Assembly: GCF_004010195.1 (NCBI RefSeq)
Contig: NC_057718.1
Span: forward strand, 33,226,820-33,290,819
Length of the DNA: 64,000 nucleotides
Direction: 5' to 3'
DNA from: Chiloscyllium plagiosum
Lineage: Eukaryota
The position numbers were made by a program, and so were the translations under genes. The notes under the pieces are model-generated. The model worked only from the letters and a program-made list of their open reading frames with translations. It was not told where the DNA came from and searched no databases. Every line of letters starts with the position of its first letter. The first letter of the stretch is position 1. Positions 1 to 11,779 of the stretch are shown in pieces.

Positions 1-600
1 GAGCTGGGAGTGGGGTCGGAGCCAGTACCTGGAGTGGGTGTGATGGTGGGGGGAATGGGGGTAGAGTCATGAGCAGGGGTAGTGTTCCCCTCGGGGTTCT
101 GGGGGGTGGGAATAGTGACAGTGGGGTCTGTGGGGAACGTGTCAGCAGAATGCAGGTGAGTGGCGCTGGTAGGGTCGGACGTGGTGGCAGACACGGCAGT
201 AGGGGTGGTGGAAGTCACTGAGCTTGTGGCATCAGCATTGATGTGAGGGGCGGAAGTGGCTGTGGGAGTGGCCATGATGGGGGCAGAAGTGACATCATCA
301 ATCAGCGTCGTGGTGGTAGCTGCATCAGCCGCATGGCTAATGGTGTTTCCGAGGCCAGGGGAATCTTCTGGAATGTTTGAGGAGCGCTGGTTATGGAGGT
401 GGGTGGATAAAAGTTTGTTGTACTTACAGTTTTTGATGTTTGAGATGGAATTGAAATACTGTTTGTTGAGAGTATGGATTCTCCTGAGGATGTAGTACAG
501 AGTGGGTCCTTTGCAATACTGAGAGAGTGTGGCCCTCAGCTGCGGCAGGGCAGACTGTAGAGAGGTTAGGTGCCGGCGCATTGCTGCAAGCGTGGAGCGG
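1..600 (-). mobile_element. Probable Penelope-like element ORF fragment (N-terminal and Pro/Thr-rich linker region), running off the window edge
   Basis: The minus strand reads about 200 codons without a stop (RSTLAAMRRHLTSLQSALPQLRATLSQYCKGPTLYYILRRIHTLNKQYF...TPTPGTGSDPTPS) to position 1. It is GC-rich with an abrupt boundary near 600. The PLE assignment is from recalled resemblance to shark PLE repeats, not from a catalytic motif. Confidence 0.5.
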
Positions 601-829
601 ACAGATGTCCTGCTGTGGAAGCTTTTTGCCTTGCACACTCAAAACAGTTTGGTTTTCCCCTTAAAATTAGTATTCTTGCCATGTTTATCTGTATGAGGAG
701 AGAGCGGGTTGGTTAGCAGGTGGACACCAGTGGAGGTATTGCCATGGAGAATGCATCAAGTAGTACTACTTGATGGTTAAGTGCCAGACTTTGTTTAAAT
801 TTTAAAGCAAACTGGCTGACTTCCCCAGG

Positions 830-939
830 TTATATTTTCTAATCAACCTGTTCAAAGACATTATTACACCCCTGTGGAGTAGGTAGGTCCTGCACCTCCT
901 GGTTCTGGGTAGGGACACTATCACTGCCCCATAAGAGGC
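830..939 (-). mobile_element. Short tRNA-derived SINE-like element (degenerate)
   Basis: Homologous to 62425-62536 (shared gtgtccctac...gtgtaataa..tct.t.aaca...gaaaatata), which retains a B-box GGTTCAAGTCC. Confidence 0.5.
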
Positions 940-1289
940 TGTTTGTGAATAGCTGCAGCCTGGTTTACTGAGTTGAAACAGGTGCCAGGTGTTCTTGTTC
1001 AGCACGTATATGAGCTCAGATCAAACAGCATATCCCTTTGGTTGTTTTTGAAGCAAGCAAGGTATTGATTATTCCCATTCAGTCCATGCTTACAAAACTA
1101 GTAACACTGTCCTATTGTAGATGGGATTGTCCAGCAAATGCTGGCAGTCCTGAATGTCAGCATTTTTCCTTGCACATTCAATTTAGGATTGTTGGTATGG
1201 CTTGCAGTGCAGTGTACAAGATCCTGTTCTCTGCCAAAATAGTGTGCACTTACCTGCTTCAATGAAACAAAATAGGTGACAGCCATTGG

Positions 1290-1531
1290 CTGGCTTATTT
1301 CTCAGCAGAATGCCCTGGTTTAAAAGTTAAACAAAGTCTGGAGGTTAATTATTAATCAGCAATAATGGCTGCATTCTCCATGGCAATACCTCTATAGGTC
1401 AGGTATCCACTTGGCAACCAATCATAGCTGTTTTCTCATACAAGTGTTAATTATGCCCTTGAATTCGTATTCTTTTGAATTGCCCTGATGAGTTCAATGG
1501 GAGAAACTTCAATATTTCTTTTCCCAGCAAT
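1290..1531 (+). repeat. Old interspersed repeat ending in a degenerate hammerhead-like motif; inverted homolog at about 610-825
   Basis: Shares tttaaaa.ttaaacaaagtctgg, tgcattctccatggcaatacctc and aaccaa..ctcataca with the reverse complement of 610-825. CTGATGA at 1485-1491 is followed by GAAAC. Confidence 0.5.
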
Positions 1532-2158
1532 GCACTTTTTAAATGGTGTTGAGTCAGTTAATAATACTAACCAGTGCTGTTCACAATTGATTCCATTTTG
1601 TATTAAAATATACTTTTGGCCTATTTTAATTGATGGTTGAGTTACTTCCACTGATGCTGTTGCAAATAAATTTAATTGTGATCAGTTTCAATGATCTGCT
1701 TTCAGTCACTTGATTGCATTTTGATCCGAAGTTTAACTTTGTGTTTGCTTGCTTTTAATATCATGAAAATTTAGTAAAGATAAAATTGTAACACAGAAAA
1801 CTAAATTGGTTGTTTTGTAAGTCTTGGCTATTTCATTGTCTATATTACAGCCTCTGTCTTAAGATGCAGGTTTGATCCGTGATGGTCAATTCTTAAACAT
1901 CTTGTGTGTGTGTGAGGAGTTCCACTCTGGCCTGGCAGTCTCTAACTTGCTGCAGAGGAAGAGGACAGTTAAGAATGTGCACTATTCGCTAGACCCTCCA
2001 TTAGAGGCCATATGAGCTTTTCATTTTTGTGCTCCTCTTCCAACGTCCAGTCAACAGAGGTTACAGCCATTAGCAGCTGTCACCTATTTGTCAGTGATCA
2101 TATCTGTCATCTTCAGATCTCACTTGCAGACATCCTTGTGAAACTGTGAACATTTCAT

Positions 2159-2476
2159 GGAGAGGTGATGGCTTAGTGGTATTGTCACTGGACTGTTATT
2201 GCAGAGACCCAGGTAATGTTCAGGGGACCCAAGTTTTTAAATTTCGCCATAGCAGTTGGTGGAATATGAATTTAGTAAATTTCTGGCATTGAGTCTGATG
2301 ATGATCATGAAGCTTTTGTTGATTGTCGGAAAAACTCAACTGGTTCACTAGTTTCCATTAAGGAAGGACTGGCCTGGCCTACATGTGACTACAACCCCAA
2401 AGGCAGTATGGTTGACTCTTAACTGCCCTCTAGAGATGCTAGCCTAGCCAGCGATGCCCTCAATCTGTGAATGAAT
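2159..2476 (+). mobile_element. tRNA-derived SINE with (TGAA)n tail
   Basis: A-box-like tggcttagtgg; homologous over its full length to 23068-23396 and 60724-61042; ends in tgaatgaat. Confidence 0.8.
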
Positions 2477-3023
2477 TGTTTCTTTTAAAATTCATTCTTT
2501 GGGATGTTTGTATAGCCATTGTGCTTCTGCTTAATGTGGTTAAGTTGGCCTGCATGTTGGAAATGGAAATGGCAAATCTTCCTATTTTGTTTTGGAGCAT
2601 GGAAACAAAGGTCTATACATTCCTGATTTTTTTTTTCATTGTAGGAACAGATTTATCTATTATGCCATAATATACTTCTGGATAAGTAAACTGTACTACT
2701 GTTCCATTTACACAATTTGTCTAATTCCTTACTTCATACTAATTATTCTATCTATCCACTGTGAAATACCTATCCTCCTCATTTACCTGTCTTCTATTTC
2801 TGGTTTAATCTATAAACTTGGATTTACAGTACCCCTAAACCTACTTATAATTAATCTTGCATGGTTAAGAATGGGATGCAAATCTTTATTCTCTGCAGTG
2901 TTTTTGCTTCAGGCAATGATTTGTTGGTTATGTACAACTGACCTGCTGGTTGACAACTCCAGTAGATCTACTTTATTTACACTGCCAGGTCTGTGCACAC
3001 TGTCTCTGATTTCAAAGATGAAA

Positions 3024-3248
3024 TGAGAAAGTGAGCTCTGCAGATGCTGGAGATCAGAGTTGAAAATGTGTTGCTGGTAAAGCACAGCAGGTCGGGCAGC
3101 ATCCAAGGAACAGGAGAATCGAGGTTTCGGGCATAAGCCCTCCATCAGGAAGCCATTCCTGATGAAGGGCTTATGCCTGAAATGTCGATTCTCCTGTTCC
3201 TTGGATGCTGCCTGACCTGCTGTGCTTTACCAGCAACACATTTTCAGC
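3024..3248. mobile_element. Palindromic Penelope-derived insertion (family A): two inverted terminal units with hammerhead motifs and a 14 bp TSD
   Basis: Arms at about 3060-3150 and 3155-3248 are near-perfect reverse complements. The TSD tttcaaagatgaaa is at 3010-3023 and 3249-3262. CTGATGA-A-GGGC-TTAT-GCCT-GAAA lies at 3159-3182. Confidence 0.85.
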
Positions 3249-4994
3249 TTTCAAAGATGAAAGCCAATCCTATTGACCGTATCAAATCCCTTTCTGCAAT
3301 TGTGTGGTTAATCATTTGATGGTGTTGGTGGATGCTCGCTGAAAATGGAGACCTGACTTGGTGACAAGCTCACTTTTCTGCAAGGAACACTGGACAGGAG
3401 TGCTACTAGACTGAACAAATGAACCGAGAACTGGAGTATGCAAAACCACATTAACAGGCAGTTTAGAGGACTTTACCTCGCCAAGTAGATAATCTATTTG
3501 ATAATTATTTAGTTGAAGCAAGGTTCTCGACAGTGATCTCCTCTGTTCCTCTTTGTGTAATTTTTTTTCTAGCCTGAGAATGTTCATGTGGAATGTCTTT
3601 TGGTTACTTAGCTAATTTATTTATTTGAATGCCATTCTTATGCATCCTGTTCAGTGAATTCATGAACTTCACCATTGGCAATGTAGAACCTTTTGCGTAA
3701 GGTTTTCTGAAATTTAAGTATTTAGTCAGCTGTGTTGGCTGCTATGTTGCTAATAGTTTCAAAAAACCTGCAACAGATTTATATGTTCATTCTTTAAGTC
3801 TCGTTTAAGATTTTCAAAATCAGAGCCTAAATATCATGATATTTAAGGTATGCATCTTGACTTTTTTTAAAAAGCTGACTCCCCTATTGACTTTAATGCT
3901 AAACAGGTTTTTTCTTGTATCCCATGTTGGGAAGATGAATTGTGTGCATGTTTAAATAGAACATAGCAACTTCGAGGTGAAAGAAACAAATTGTCCTGAG
4001 CAGACATGAGTTAAAGCAGCATGAAATAGATTTATTCAACTAGAATACTTCCATATTAGTTATTCCACAAGATTCCCCATTTCTTCCTCCCTCCCTCCCA
4101 CTCTTACATTAGTGTGCAGGGTCTAATCTTGTGCACTGTTATTCACTGCCACTTACACCCAGGTTATATTACAATTTAACCATTTAATTAATATTGCCTT
4201 GTCCCTGTAATAGGAATCTAAGAATATCTTTTCCCTGCATGTGTTCCTGTATGTATTTCCTAAGTCCTCCAGTAGGTGGAATGAATGAACACTTTGGGAC
4301 TATGTCAATTTAAAATTAAGAACTTGATTCAGTTTGCAGAAAGCAGGTGATCAGTTTAGTAATTCCATATTTTATTTTTGAACCTAATTTCTTCTGTAAC
4401 ATAGTCAGATGAATGTCAGTGATCTCAAATAGCAACTTTAGTTTTTTTTTGGTTTTATTTTTAATTCTTTCTGGTTAGTGTCTGCTATGAAACTGTTTAA
4501 AGAATTTGTCATTTGAGTACTTTTGAAAAAGATATCCCCACAAGTGGCTCTTTATTTAGGACAGGAGGACCACAATCTATCCTTAATCCCTCTTACATAA
4601 GAATGGGAGAAATGTGGGCAGGGGTTTTGGGGCTCCCAAAACCTATTACACCATTGAATATGATTTCAAACTGATCTTGACCTTCACCACAACTCTTCTA
4701 TCTGTTCCTTTCAACCCTTGGATTTTCAAATTGTCTGCTTTGGCCTCAGCTATTCAGTGATGTGCCTTCTAAAGCTCCCTTGTGTAAAGAATCCATAAAT
4801 CTATGGTCCTTGGACGAAATTGCACTTCATCTGAGTCTTAAAGGCACAACCACTTCTTTTGAAATTACACAATATTTCTAGATTTCCCCCACATGAGGAA
4901 ACTTCTTTTTATCATCTGCCCTGTCAAGTCTTTTCAGAATCTTGTGTTTCAATACACTTGTTTGACAGCTCCATCATCCCAGAAATCAATGGTA

Positions 4995-5594
4995 GTTACG
5001 TTCCTGTGCAACACAGTGTTATAAAAAATTATGCAATATAAATAATGGGGTCTATGGGAAAAACAGGGTTAGGGCCGAACCGCCAAAAATATCAGTAAAA
5101 ATCAAAACAAAAATAGTTAGCCTAACACAAACGATAGCACAGTCTAAGTGAATCTTAAAATCATAAATTTACTGTATTATTTCATTAAAATAAAACACTT
5201 TTAACACTCAAATCATTTGACTTCCGCCTTGTACCTTTTACGAAGCTCTCCACCAGAAAGTGCATGTGCCGACTAACCACGTTATGCCGATGCAGAAGTC
5301 CTGTCCTCCACGCGATTCTCACCTGGCTTGAAGTAAAGTTCCTTTTAAATGTAGACTACAATGTCCAGTTTCAAGGCTTGCACAGCTGATTGCATTCCTG
5401 TTTTAGCTGAACACACTGAATTTGTATTTTGCAGACAGGATTGTGAGGCTGCGTTTTGCTGTTCAGGTCAGTGCCAGGGATGGAATTGTGTAATAGCAAA
5501 CGAGATTTTGCTTTGTTAAAAAGAGTCCGCAATTCACTGATAGTGTTATAGCTAAATCGCATTTAATAAACATACATTATAGGAGAACTACCTG
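4995..5594. mobile_element. Tc1/mariner-pogo (Tigger-like) non-autonomous DNA transposon relic, one end clear
   Basis: The right end ...cattataggagaactacctg is followed by TA and resembles the TIR of the MITE at 43593-43810. The left end is truncated. Confidence 0.5.
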
Positions 5595-6049
5595 TACATT
5601 GAGGTGAGGGGGGGGGGGTGGAGATTAAGACAATTTCAATAATAAATTCTTGTTCAGTACAGCCTTTCAAAGCAACCCAGGATGTCCACCATTTTAAAAG
5701 CAATTTCCTGCATGTAGCAAGTTCATACTTCAGTGGCTTATCTCATTATTTCCACTGTCACAAATCAGGTGCTTAATTTTCAATATTATTAGTGTTAAAA
5801 TATCAATTTTTATTTTTTAAATATATCCTCAAAGCCATGCATTAGACTCATTATGGCAATGACAGATATTAAGTTGTGCATTAAAATAATTGAATGAAAC
5901 AGTAGGGGGAGTGGATATTGTTTCAAAAGTATCGGAGCTCTTGCACTTCAGAATTGCGTTTTTATATGAAGTCAGTTTCAATGTGTTGGGTTAACAAATA
6001 AGATCAATAGTTTTGATAGGTCTGAGCTGCTTTCCAAAGCAAATATATT

Positions 6050-7800
6050 CCTCATGGAATATATGAAAAGGAGTCAGCCCCTCAAGCTTACTCCATAACT
6101 CAATAAAATTATGATTTGGTTACACCACAATCCTGCCCATACTCCAATAACTTTTCACCCTTAGATTCTGGAGAATCTATCAATAAAATATTGAAAGACT
6201 TTGAAACTCTCTCTCAAATTTGTGCAAAAGAAAATTTGCCTTCTCTGCCTGGGCAACCTTTTTTTTTATTGTGAAACAGTGACCACTAGTTCTAGATTTT
6301 CTTGCAGGAGGAAGCATCCTTTCTGCATCCACCCTGCCAAGACCCCTCCAACCTTGCATTTTCATCAAGTTGCCTCTTGCTCTCAAAGCCAGTCAAGCCT
6401 ATACAAGCCTAACCTGTCCAACTTTCATTGCAAGACCAACTGCCATTCCAATTATCCTTCAATAAACGTTCTCTGAATTGCTTCCAGTGTATTTGCATTC
6501 TTCCTCAAATAGGAAGCCTTGTACAGTACTCTGACGCGGTCTTTCTAACCTTTTACAATTTGATTCGGTCACCTAGATCCTTTTTGCATCTTGGAATCTC
6601 TTGCAGTTTAGAATGTGTTTTTATTCTTTCTGCCAAGTTGGACAATAGCACTTTTTCCCAAATTGTTCTCCCATTTGCCCATCTAATTATTTCCTTTATT
6701 GTAGTCTTTTGTTGTCTTCACAACTTAATTTCTGATTGATCTGTCATCAGCAAATTTAGTAAATGCACTTTCAGTTGCTTTTACATATAGACACGTAAAA
6801 ATAGAATAGGTTGAGGCCCCAGCACTGGTCCTTGCAACAAACTATTCATTATGTTTTGTCAAGCAGAAAAAGACCCATTTGTGCCTTCTATTTCAACCAT
6901 ACCAATCTATTACCTTTAACCATTAGCTTTTGCTGTTAGTGCACGTTACTACTTTGGAGAACTTCAATAAATTGGTTAGACATGATTTTCCTTCCACATC
7001 ATTTTGACATGCCTGAATTGTCTTGAACTTAGTTAAGTGTCCAGAAATATCATCCAACATTTGCTCTTTAATAGATTGTTAAACCAGCTGGCATATGGTT
7101 TCCTGCTTTTTGTCATTTTTGTTTTAAACAAACTTGTTACATCTGCTGTTTTCCAATCAGATTGAATCTTTCCTGAATGTAGGGAATTTTTGAAAATTAA
7201 AAGCAGTGCAGCAAGAATTGTACTAACTATTTTTAAGAGCCTACAATGAAGTCCAATAGAATCTAGAGCTCCAACAGTTTACTCCTATCATCTCCCTAGT
7301 GATCAAGGAAGACCAAAATTGTACATTGCTTTAGATGTGGCCTCTTGTAGAGTTGCATCAAAACCCTTAATTGTACACCTAATTCTCTTGCAATAAAAAT
7401 AAAGATTCCATTTACCTTTGTGCTATTTGCCATTTACTGTAGTGCAGCATTTTGTAATCACTTTCCATTTAAATATTTTGCTCCTTTAATTTTCGTATTA
7501 AATTGGATAACCTTGGATCTTCCACTATTATTTTTATTCCCACCTGTCAGCTATTTTTATTCATTCTCCTAAGCATACCTTTTGCAGATATTATTTTTGT
7601 CCCCTTTCAGAATTTGTTTTCCGTTTCCAACTCTTCTTTTGTATTGATAGAAAATATGGCTACAGTACACTTCAGTCCCTTCATCCAAGTCAACAATATA
7701 GCTCTTAAATAATTGAAGACTCAGCTCTGATCCTTTTGGCATGCTAGTTGTAGCTTGCCAAACTAAAATTGGCCCATTTGGCCTGACTATTCATCTATTT
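6050..7800 (-). mobile_element. Old, fragmented CR1-type LINE relics
   Basis: Degenerate minus-strand CR1 ORF2 and 3' end phrases (gtcatcagcaaattt = K-F-A-D-D-like on minus; aggccccagcactggtccttg = Q-G-x-V-L-G-P-like). Many stops. Confidence 0.55.
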
Positions 7801-10310
7801 TCTGAGAGCCCTTGCCTAGGGATTGGTCAGTAGAAGTGCTTACCAAGTGTCTTGCCCCACACTGTCACCTATCCACCAAAACCTTGAAGGCTTCTTAGTA
7901 AATTGTACTTTGGTAATCATCTGTAAGTTGCAACTTGCGTTTTGATTTTTGGATGCATTTAAAGTATTAGTTTAATATTGCACTTGCCTTTTCACACAAT
8001 AGGCACTGAACATTTTGAAGCTCTGCTGCTTAGAATATATTTTATTCGTCCACCAGTTTTCATGAGAAAGTATTAATGTAGTGTTTTATATCCCAGATGT
8101 GCCCCAAAGATACATGTACTTTATTTAGTTGACCCACATCTAGGAGCATTTTGAGCATGTACAGCTTACAGAAATCTTAAATTGTCTAATGTTCCTTTTG
8201 TAGATTGGGGAAAAGAAACAAATGATCACAAAGGCAAAGTTGTGTTTTCTTTAGAATCTGAACATTTCGACTGAGAATATTGTTTGTGTGCTTGTACTGA
8301 ACTGCAAAGTTTTGAAGAATATTCCACTGTTTCAAAAGTATTTTGGAAAAAGATTGTATATTTTTGGAATAGGTATATGCTTCAATCAAATGTTTTTGCC
8401 ACTTGTTTATGATGGAAATGTGCAGTTAACTCCATATGTATCTCGTCCATTGTTGGAACTGTTGACTGAAGTTTTCGTCAACAATTCCATAGATTAATTT
8501 CAGATATCTTATCGATATGGACAAGTTGGACCAAAGGGTCTGTTTCCGTGCTGTACATCTCTATGATTCTGTTTGTCTGGGTGAATTTTACTTGGCTTTG
8601 TGCAGTTAATCTGGAGCTTTGTAGAAGTAACAATGTAACCAGCTTGTTGGAACAGAAACTCCAGTCTACATACATTGATGGCTGAACAATCAACAGTGCT
8701 GCTCTAAAGAACCAAGTATCGTTATAATGCATACAAAGTGTAATTATTGTGTATCCACATCTCCTGGCACTTCAGCTCGATCAACTTACTGCACTTGCAT
8801 AAGACAGTTAACAAAAGCCTATGGTCACTTTATAATTCATTGATTTTATTTGTCTGTCTGGAATGTTTTTCAAGGATTGCCAGTCACTCAGATTGCCTTT
8901 TTTTTTTAATGTTGAGGAAAAGCTCTACATTTTTGCTGGGAGTTTCAAATAAGGCTCCTTTTGAAATGTGGAGCTGTACTTCAAATTTGATACATTCATC
9001 ATAGTTCAGGACGGTTGACGGTAAACAATACTCCCTTGTTCACAGTCAGTTGCTATGTTCTATGCTTTAAATGCCTAGTATGTCATCTAGCCACTTCAGT
9101 AGTGCATATGAAAGAGAGAGGTAAGGCAAGTCTGAGATTTGTGCTGTGCAGTTTAGAAGGATGGGGAGGGATAGTGGAATATTGGACTCCTTGGGGAGAG
9201 GGGGGTGTCAGTTTTAGGTAGATGGGATTTTCAGGTCCTGGAGCAGAGGTCAGGTTCTGGGTGAGTGGGTGGTGGTTGGGTGTGATGGGTTGGGGTTTAG
9301 TTTATTAGTTTTTCAGGTTAGACTTCTAATAGTTTGCCTTTTTACTGGGTAACTATTTGCTGAATTGCAGCAGAACCATCCCAATTCTCAATTTAAATGG
9401 ATATTTTCAGAGGATTCCAGGCCTGGAGAATTGCCCAACAGATTCTTCAATTTCCAAGGCAATTCCCACCAAGTCTGGTACATTGGAGATTCTGCAGGGT
9501 TCTGATGCACAACTCCCATCTACACTACAGCAAGTATTATCTGACTATTGAAAAATCTGAACGTAGGTTTTCTACATAAAAGTATCTCAAACCTGTCAAC
9601 TCCAAATTACAATACAAAAATAAAGCTCAAAAAGTGCTCTTAAAATAAAGATGGACACTCTTGAGCAAAGTGCATTTAAGATTAGCTTTCAGCCGTTCTT
9701 TAGATGTTTTTCAACTATTATACGTTTATTATGAATGAATGACTGAAATAGACATCCAACAGTTTATGTGGCTCTGTTTAGATGCAGTATGTTCCAAAGA
9801 GGATACTAAACTTCCTTTTTGAGCCAATTGCAATGAATAAATGTTACAGCATAAACCTGTTAGGAGCAACTTTCTTTATCTCATGTAAAATCTGTTATGG
9901 ACACATAATAAACTACAGTAGGTTCATATTTTTGGGGATATCTAGTCATAACTAAATTGCCCAGTTAGCTGTAACTGACATGTTAGAACATGTCTTTGAG
10001 AATAAGTTCCTTATTCCTTGTAAGGATCATGTCATTATGTTCAATGGGTTGGATCAGTAGCAAGTCTGTCGCAGCTGAATAAAATTTAAACTACAGCATC
10101 TTGAAACATACCGTACCTTCAAAAGGTTTAGCAGAAGGAACACTTTTTTTTGGAAAAATAACGTTCTGTGGTTAAAGTTAAGATACTTCTTTCATTTTGA
10201 AGGATTCATCCAAAAGTTAAACTGTGTACTCATTTTATGATCTTAAAATATCAATTTTAACACCAGTTGGGTGATAATTTAGTGGTGTCACTTAGATTTG
10301 TGACCATTGA

Positions 10311-10724
10311 GTTAGAGGATTTGAGCTGTAGGGAGAGGCTGAATATGCTGGGGCTATTTTTCCTGGAGTGTCAGAAGCTGAGGGGTGACCTTTATAGAAG
10401 TTTATAAAATCCATGAGGGGCATGGGTAGGATGAATAGCCAAGGTATTCTTCCCCAGAGCAGGGGAGTTCAAGGTAAGTGGGGAAATATATAAAAGAAAC
10501 CTAAGGGACAACTTTTTCACGCAGAGGGTGATGACTGTATGGAATGAGCTGTCAAAGGAAGTTGATACAACTGTAAGATTTAAAAGGCATTTGGATGGGT
10601 GTATGAAGAGGAAGGCTCTACAGGGATATAGGCCAAATGTTGGCAAATGGGACTAGATTAATTTAGAATATCCAGTTGGCATGGATGAGTTGGACCGACT
10701 GGTCTGTTTCCATGCTGTACAACT
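10311..10724 (+). mobile_element. CR1-type LINE 3' fragment
   Basis: Matches the 3' end of the CR1 copies at 27667-28150 (minus) and 34060-34442 (aggggtgacc..atagaagtttataaaatc...ctgtttccatgctgta). Confidence 0.85.
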
Positions 10725-10981
10725 GTGCCTGTATCTGCTTTGTGAAGGCATTTGGACTAACATTCTGTGGAGCTTTGCAGGCCAGTTACCTTACCAGTAA
10801 ATTAGTTTTACAAAATGTGATAAAAATGTCTGAGTACTTAAGTACATCAAACTACTTTTATCTGTTGTTTCAGTAGTTCAGTTGGATGTAAAGCATCTCT
10901 GTTTACTGGTTGGAAGGGGGCAGCCAACTTTCCTGGTGTCTTGGCCAATTTTTCTATCTAATCAACATAAATGGAAACAGG

Positions 10982-11298
10982 TTAGATTAGATTACTAACA
11001 GTGTGGAAACAGGCCCTTCGGCCCAACAAGTCCACACTGACCCTCCGAAGAGCAACCCACCCAGATCCATGCCTCTACATTTACCTTCACCTAACACTAC
11101 GGGCAATTTAGCATGGCCAATTCATCTAACCTGCATATTTTTGGACTGTGGGAGGAAACCGGAGCATCCGGAGGAATCCCACGCAGACACGGGGAGAATG
11201 TGCAATCTCCACACAGACAGTTGCCTGAGGCGGGAACTGAACCCGGGTCTTTGGCACTGTGAGGCAACAGTGCTAACCACTGTGCCACCGTGCTGCCC
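10982..11298 (-). mobile_element. HE1-type V-SINE
   Basis: tRNA-like head (ggtggcacagtggttagcactg...gggttcagttccc), V-domain (tgtgtggag.ttgcacattctccccgtgtctgcgtggg.ttcctccgg.tgctccggtttcctcccacagtccaaa) and CR1-like tail with (aatct)n. Confidence 0.9.
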
Positions 11299-11743
11299 AC
11301 ATTCATCAAATTTTGCTGTTTGCAAGTTGGTGGCTATGTGTGTCCATAAGTGGCTGCATTTCAAAAGTAATAGATTGCATCTGGAGTATTTTGCTATTTT
11401 GATTTGCGGTAGTACCAAATTAATGCAAATTTTGTTACTGCTGACTTTATTTTGGTTTTTACAGCCAATGGCGAAGTTTTCAGACATTACTGGGACTTGG
11501 CACAGTTTATCTAGACTAAATCTGTCTGTTCTCTAAACCTTTTCACTGATAAAAAAGAATGGAATTCAGATATGCAAATGAATGCATGAAAAATTCTGTT
11601 TGCACAAGAATTTTATTCCATTCCAGAATTGCATTTATTTTGATATGCGTTCAAACAGTCTGTATTAATTTTCTGATTTACGTAACTTTGGTACAGGATT
11701 GGATATAGTCTTATTTTTGAATTGTTATTCAGTTTTTTAAAAA

Positions 11744-11764
11744 ATTTTTCTCTTGTATCCTTAG
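11744..11764 (+). other. SOCS5: Splice acceptor of the SOCS5 coding exon
   Basis: Polypyrimidine tract atttttctcttgtatccttAG ends 15 nt before the ATG, consistent with a 5' UTR intron and single coding exon as in other vertebrates. Confidence 0.75.
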
Positions 11765-11779
11765 ATACGTGTTTAACCT

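Noticed and set aside
2592..3026. 144 aa hydrophobic ORF
   Set aside because: AT-rich low-complexity intronic sequence; the I/L/Y/F bias is explained by base composition.
11003..11536. 177 aa ORF just upstream of SOCS5 (and overlapping minus ORFs)
   Set aside because: Lies across an HE1 SINE and a DeuSINE relic; such SINE-derived ORFs are spurious.
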